51,815 nucleotides of DNA from NCBI RefSeq assembly GCF_001194135.2, contig NC_068991.1, positions 56,480,233 through 56,532,047 on the forward strand, given 5' to 3'. How positions within the stretch are numbered: the stretch's first letter is position 1; each line of letters opens with the position of its first letter. This DNA is from Octopus bimaculoides (Eukaryota). Both the position numbers and the translations under genes were made by a program. A model generated the notes under the pieces. That model worked only from the letters and a program-made list of their open reading frames with translations, did not search any database and had not been told where the DNA came from. This document shows positions 48,605-51,815 of this stretch, piece by piece.

Positions 48605-48905
48605 GTGAAGGCACGTGGTTTAGTAGTTAGGGAATTCGACTCACGATCGTAAGGTGGTGAGTTCAATTCCCGGCGACCGGTTGTGTTCTTGAACAAGACA
48701 CTTTATTTCACGTTGCTCCAGTCCACTCAGCTGGCAAAAATGAGTAGTACCTGTATTTCAAAAGGCCGACTGGATATCTCTGAGAGCTACGTTAAGGGTA
48801 CACATGTCTGTGGAGTGCTCAGCCACTTGCACGTTAATTTCACGACCAAGCTGTTCCGTTGTTCGTATCAGCTGGGACCCTCGTCGTCGTAACCGACGGA
48901 GTGTT
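48605..48905 (+). mobile_element. SINE family C1, full length with T tail
   Basis: GTGAAGGCACGTGGTTTAGTAGTTAGG, GTGAGTTCAATTCCCGG, GTTGTGTTCTTGAACAAGACAC, ...GTCGTCGTAACCGACGGAGTG followed by (T)n. Confidence 0.93.
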
Positions 48906-49197
48906 CCTTTTTTTTTTTTTTTACAAGCATACATAGACATGTACCACATACATATCTAGGTGCAGGTTTGACAAAATGCTAAACGCTAATGATAGTATTT
49001 ATTTCTCCTTTTTGGAGCTGCCTTATAGAAATTAAAAAAGCAACAACATATATTTTGTCTAAATTATTTAATGCATTCATTCATATAATTTAGACATAGT
49101 AATCTGTATATCATACTAAATGTAAATGCATAGCGTAAAAGCAAATTTGTTGCGGTATTCATCCCGAGATAATATTTCTAATGGAGATTATATTTCT

Positions 49198-49350
49198 TAG
49201 GCGCAAGCGTAGTTGTGTCGCAAGAAAGTTGGTTCCCAACAACATGGTTCCGGGTTCAGTCTCACTGCGAGGCACTTTAGGCTATTGAAGCTTCGGGCCG
49301 CCGAAGCCTTGTCAGTGGATTTGGTTGTGAAAAACTGAAAGAAGCCCTTC
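49198..49350 (+). mobile_element. SINE family B, 5' part
   Basis: AGGCGCAAGCGTAGTTGTGTCG...CATGGTTCCGGGTTCAGTCTCACTGCG...GAAGCCTTGTCAGTGGATTTGG...AACTGAAAGAAGCCC. Confidence 0.85.
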
Positions 49351-49691
49351 TAGTTGAAAGACCCTTTCTATTGTTTACTTATTTTTTGTTGTACACGTAC
49401 ATCTGTTTGCCTTGCCCAGAACCTTAATGCTTTTAGCTTAAGTCCCCAGCCCAGCCGGTTTCGAGTAGTATCGGAGAAAAGTGGGCAAAACTATGTGGAT
49501 ATTCCGGACTCCGACTGAAGAGGCAATTGGCTGCGAATGATCTAATATTGCTTCTGTAGCATATATACCGAGTCTCAGGCATGCATTGCAACCGCTCTAT
49601 ATGCGTAGGAGCATTTTCTGAATAACACCTTACCGCTTTCAAAAAAAGAAGGGCGTTGAGGATAAAGGTCTTTTAAGTTCCCTCGTCAGGA

Positions 49692-49894
49692 TCTTTCAGT
49701 TGCTTCAGTCATTAGACTGTAACCATGCTGGGGCCCCGCATTGAAGAATTTAAATCGAACGAATCGACTTCAGTACTTAATATCTTTTTCAGGTCTGCTA
49801 CTTATTCAATCGCACTCTTTAACCGAACCGCTATGCTACGGTGATGTAAACACACTAGCGACGGTTGTCAAGCGGTAGTCGGGGACAGACAGAA

Positions 49895-49954
<60 letters not shown>

Positions 49955-50115
49955 TGAATTTCTATCAGTTTCTGCCTACGAAATCCACGCACAAGGCTTT
50001 GGTCGGCTCGAGGCTATAGTTGAAGGTACATGGCCAAGGCTCTACGCAGTGAGATTGAACCCTGAACCATGTGGCTAGGAAGCAAGCTTCTTACCACACA
50101 GTCACGCCAGTGCCT
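49692..50115 (-). mobile_element. SINE family B, full length with internal (CA)n
   Basis: CTTCAGTCATTAGACTGTAACCATGCTG...GAACCGCTATGCTACGG...(CA)n...CAAGGCTTTGGTCGGCTCGAGGCTATAG...AGCAAGCTTCTTACCACACAGTCAC. Confidence 0.92.
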
Positions 50116-50381
50116 AATTACGGATGCCAATGCATTTGTTCACGTCTTCATAATCAAAATTCACATGAGGTTACACACAACAACAGAAATGACAACAGAA
50201 ATTTAAAAGAATTCACTCTTCTTTGAAGCCGAGAAATTTGGCTAAAACAATCCCCCAAAAATCAAAATAAAAGACCCTCCAAAAGATCATCTTATACCGC
50301 CGTGGGGTGAAAGCTTAGAGGCATTTCTCTCACAGACTCAGGAATTTGCCTATGATGTTTCCCAAATTATACATAACACTA

Positions 50382-50801
50382 CCGTAAATCCTCGAGTATA
50401 ATCCGCACTTTTTCCCCAAAATTTAATGGTCAAAATTTCTAGTACTATACACGAGGTTAAAAATGAAAAATATTTCCTAAGCAAAATTTTCTAAGTGATA
50501 AATATGTAAAGGCAATTTATTTAATATTTATTTTTCACTGACGTTATTACTGTTATTTCTTTATTTTCTGCAAACAAAGTGCACAAAAAGCTACATGTTT
50601 GCATTATGTTATATATACAATAATGATAAAGGACGTTACTGTATATATGTTTACAAACCAAGGACGTTATATAGATCTCTTTGACTCAAGTTAGAGAAGG
50701 GGTGCGTATTATACACAAGGTTTAAGTTTTTCAGAGGAACAGCCCCCTAAAAATCCCCTGCGTATTTTACTTAAAGGCGGACTATACTCGAGGATTTACG
50801 G
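50382..50801. mobile_element. 420-bp MITE of Tc1/mariner-pogo type with TA target duplication
   Basis: TIR CCGTAAATCCTCGAGTATAATCCGC (50382-50406) versus GCGGACTATACTCGAGGATTTACGG (50777-50801), 1 mismatch in 25. TA at 50380-50381 and 50802-50803. The interior is AT-rich and non-coding. Confidence 0.93.
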
Positions 50802-51631
50802 TATATGTATGAAGTTATACAAGAGATTATACATATGAAGTTAGCCAAATTATACATAAAAATTCTCTGCATAAGAAATTTCGCCAACACAGATCACAAT
50901 TCCATGACTACCTACTACTCTGCGATTCCATATACCCAACAATCTATTCCAGAGTCAAATAAAATTGGTATCTGCCTAAATGTTACCAACAACGAATGAC
51001 CTTGTATTAACACGACATATCAGCGATTACTTATCTTCACTTCTGCACATAAACCTATCTTGATATTTCTAAAAGAGATAAATTCTGCTCACTTAGATGA
51101 AGACTTTGTATTTTTGACTGACAGAATAGAAGATTAGTGATAAGACGTAATGGATGGCGCAGCAAAATTGTTGATGGTTATTTTCTCCAAGATATATGAC
51201 GATTAACATAATTTTACTACGTCTGTCTATATGCGCGCGCGCGCGCGTGTAATGTGAGTGTATGTATGTATACATATATGTATATGTATATGCATGTAAA
51301 TATAGATATTTGTATATAAGTATGGATGCACAAGTATTTACAGGCAATATGTATGAGTATGTACTTGTTCGTGTTATATATATATATATGTATATAACTT
51401 AGTATATTATATTATGTATAAGCGTATATGAGTGTGTGTGTGTATCACACCCTGAATAATGTATATACATATATGCATACTTTCGTGTGTTCACGTGTAG
51501 TATATAGTTTGAATTGATATATTTGTGCGCGCCCCTGTGTGTGTGTGTGTGTCTGTGTGTGTGTATACATAATACATACATATGTATACATATATATACA
51601 CATGTATACATATATATATACATACATACAA

Positions 51632-51662
<31 letters not shown>

Positions 51663-51781
51663 CATATATATATACATGTGTTTATATATATATATCTATG
51701 TATTATAATATCTATGTATTATAATATCTATATATATATATATGCATATATATGTCTATATATATGTCTCTCTATGTATGC

Positions 51782-51815
<34 letters not shown>

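Overview
AT-rich, repeat-saturated eukaryotic genomic DNA from a gapped short-read scaffold (14 N-blocks, about 5.9 kb). The SINE families, the extreme (TA)n/(CA)n/(TAG)n/(TAA)n microsatellite load and the mariner/RTE/R4 relics match what I recall of octopus genomes. That assignment is an inference, not a database result. I find no confidently identifiable protein-coding gene. Nearly all ORFs in the supplied track are microsatellite read-throughs or span N gaps. Recognisable content: (1) about 35 copies or fragments of tRNA-derived SINEs, labelled here families A, B, C and E; (2) decayed RTE-group LINE reverse transcriptase fragments and R4/Dong-clade 3' ends; (3) a full-length but dead mellifera-type mariner, a maT/DD37D-like transposase relic, and pogo-, hAT- and piggyBac-like MITEs; (4) a higher-order minisatellite; (5) several short elements that abut or sit inside (TA)n tracts and carry hammerhead-ribozyme-like folds of the Penelope-like-element (PLE) type. 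One of these has a canonical core and others share non-canonical cores. The hammerhead/(TA)n elements, including a pair nested inside a SINE's own internal microsatellite, are the most interesting signal. Two short unique segments could be isolated exons of a large gene but are unproven.
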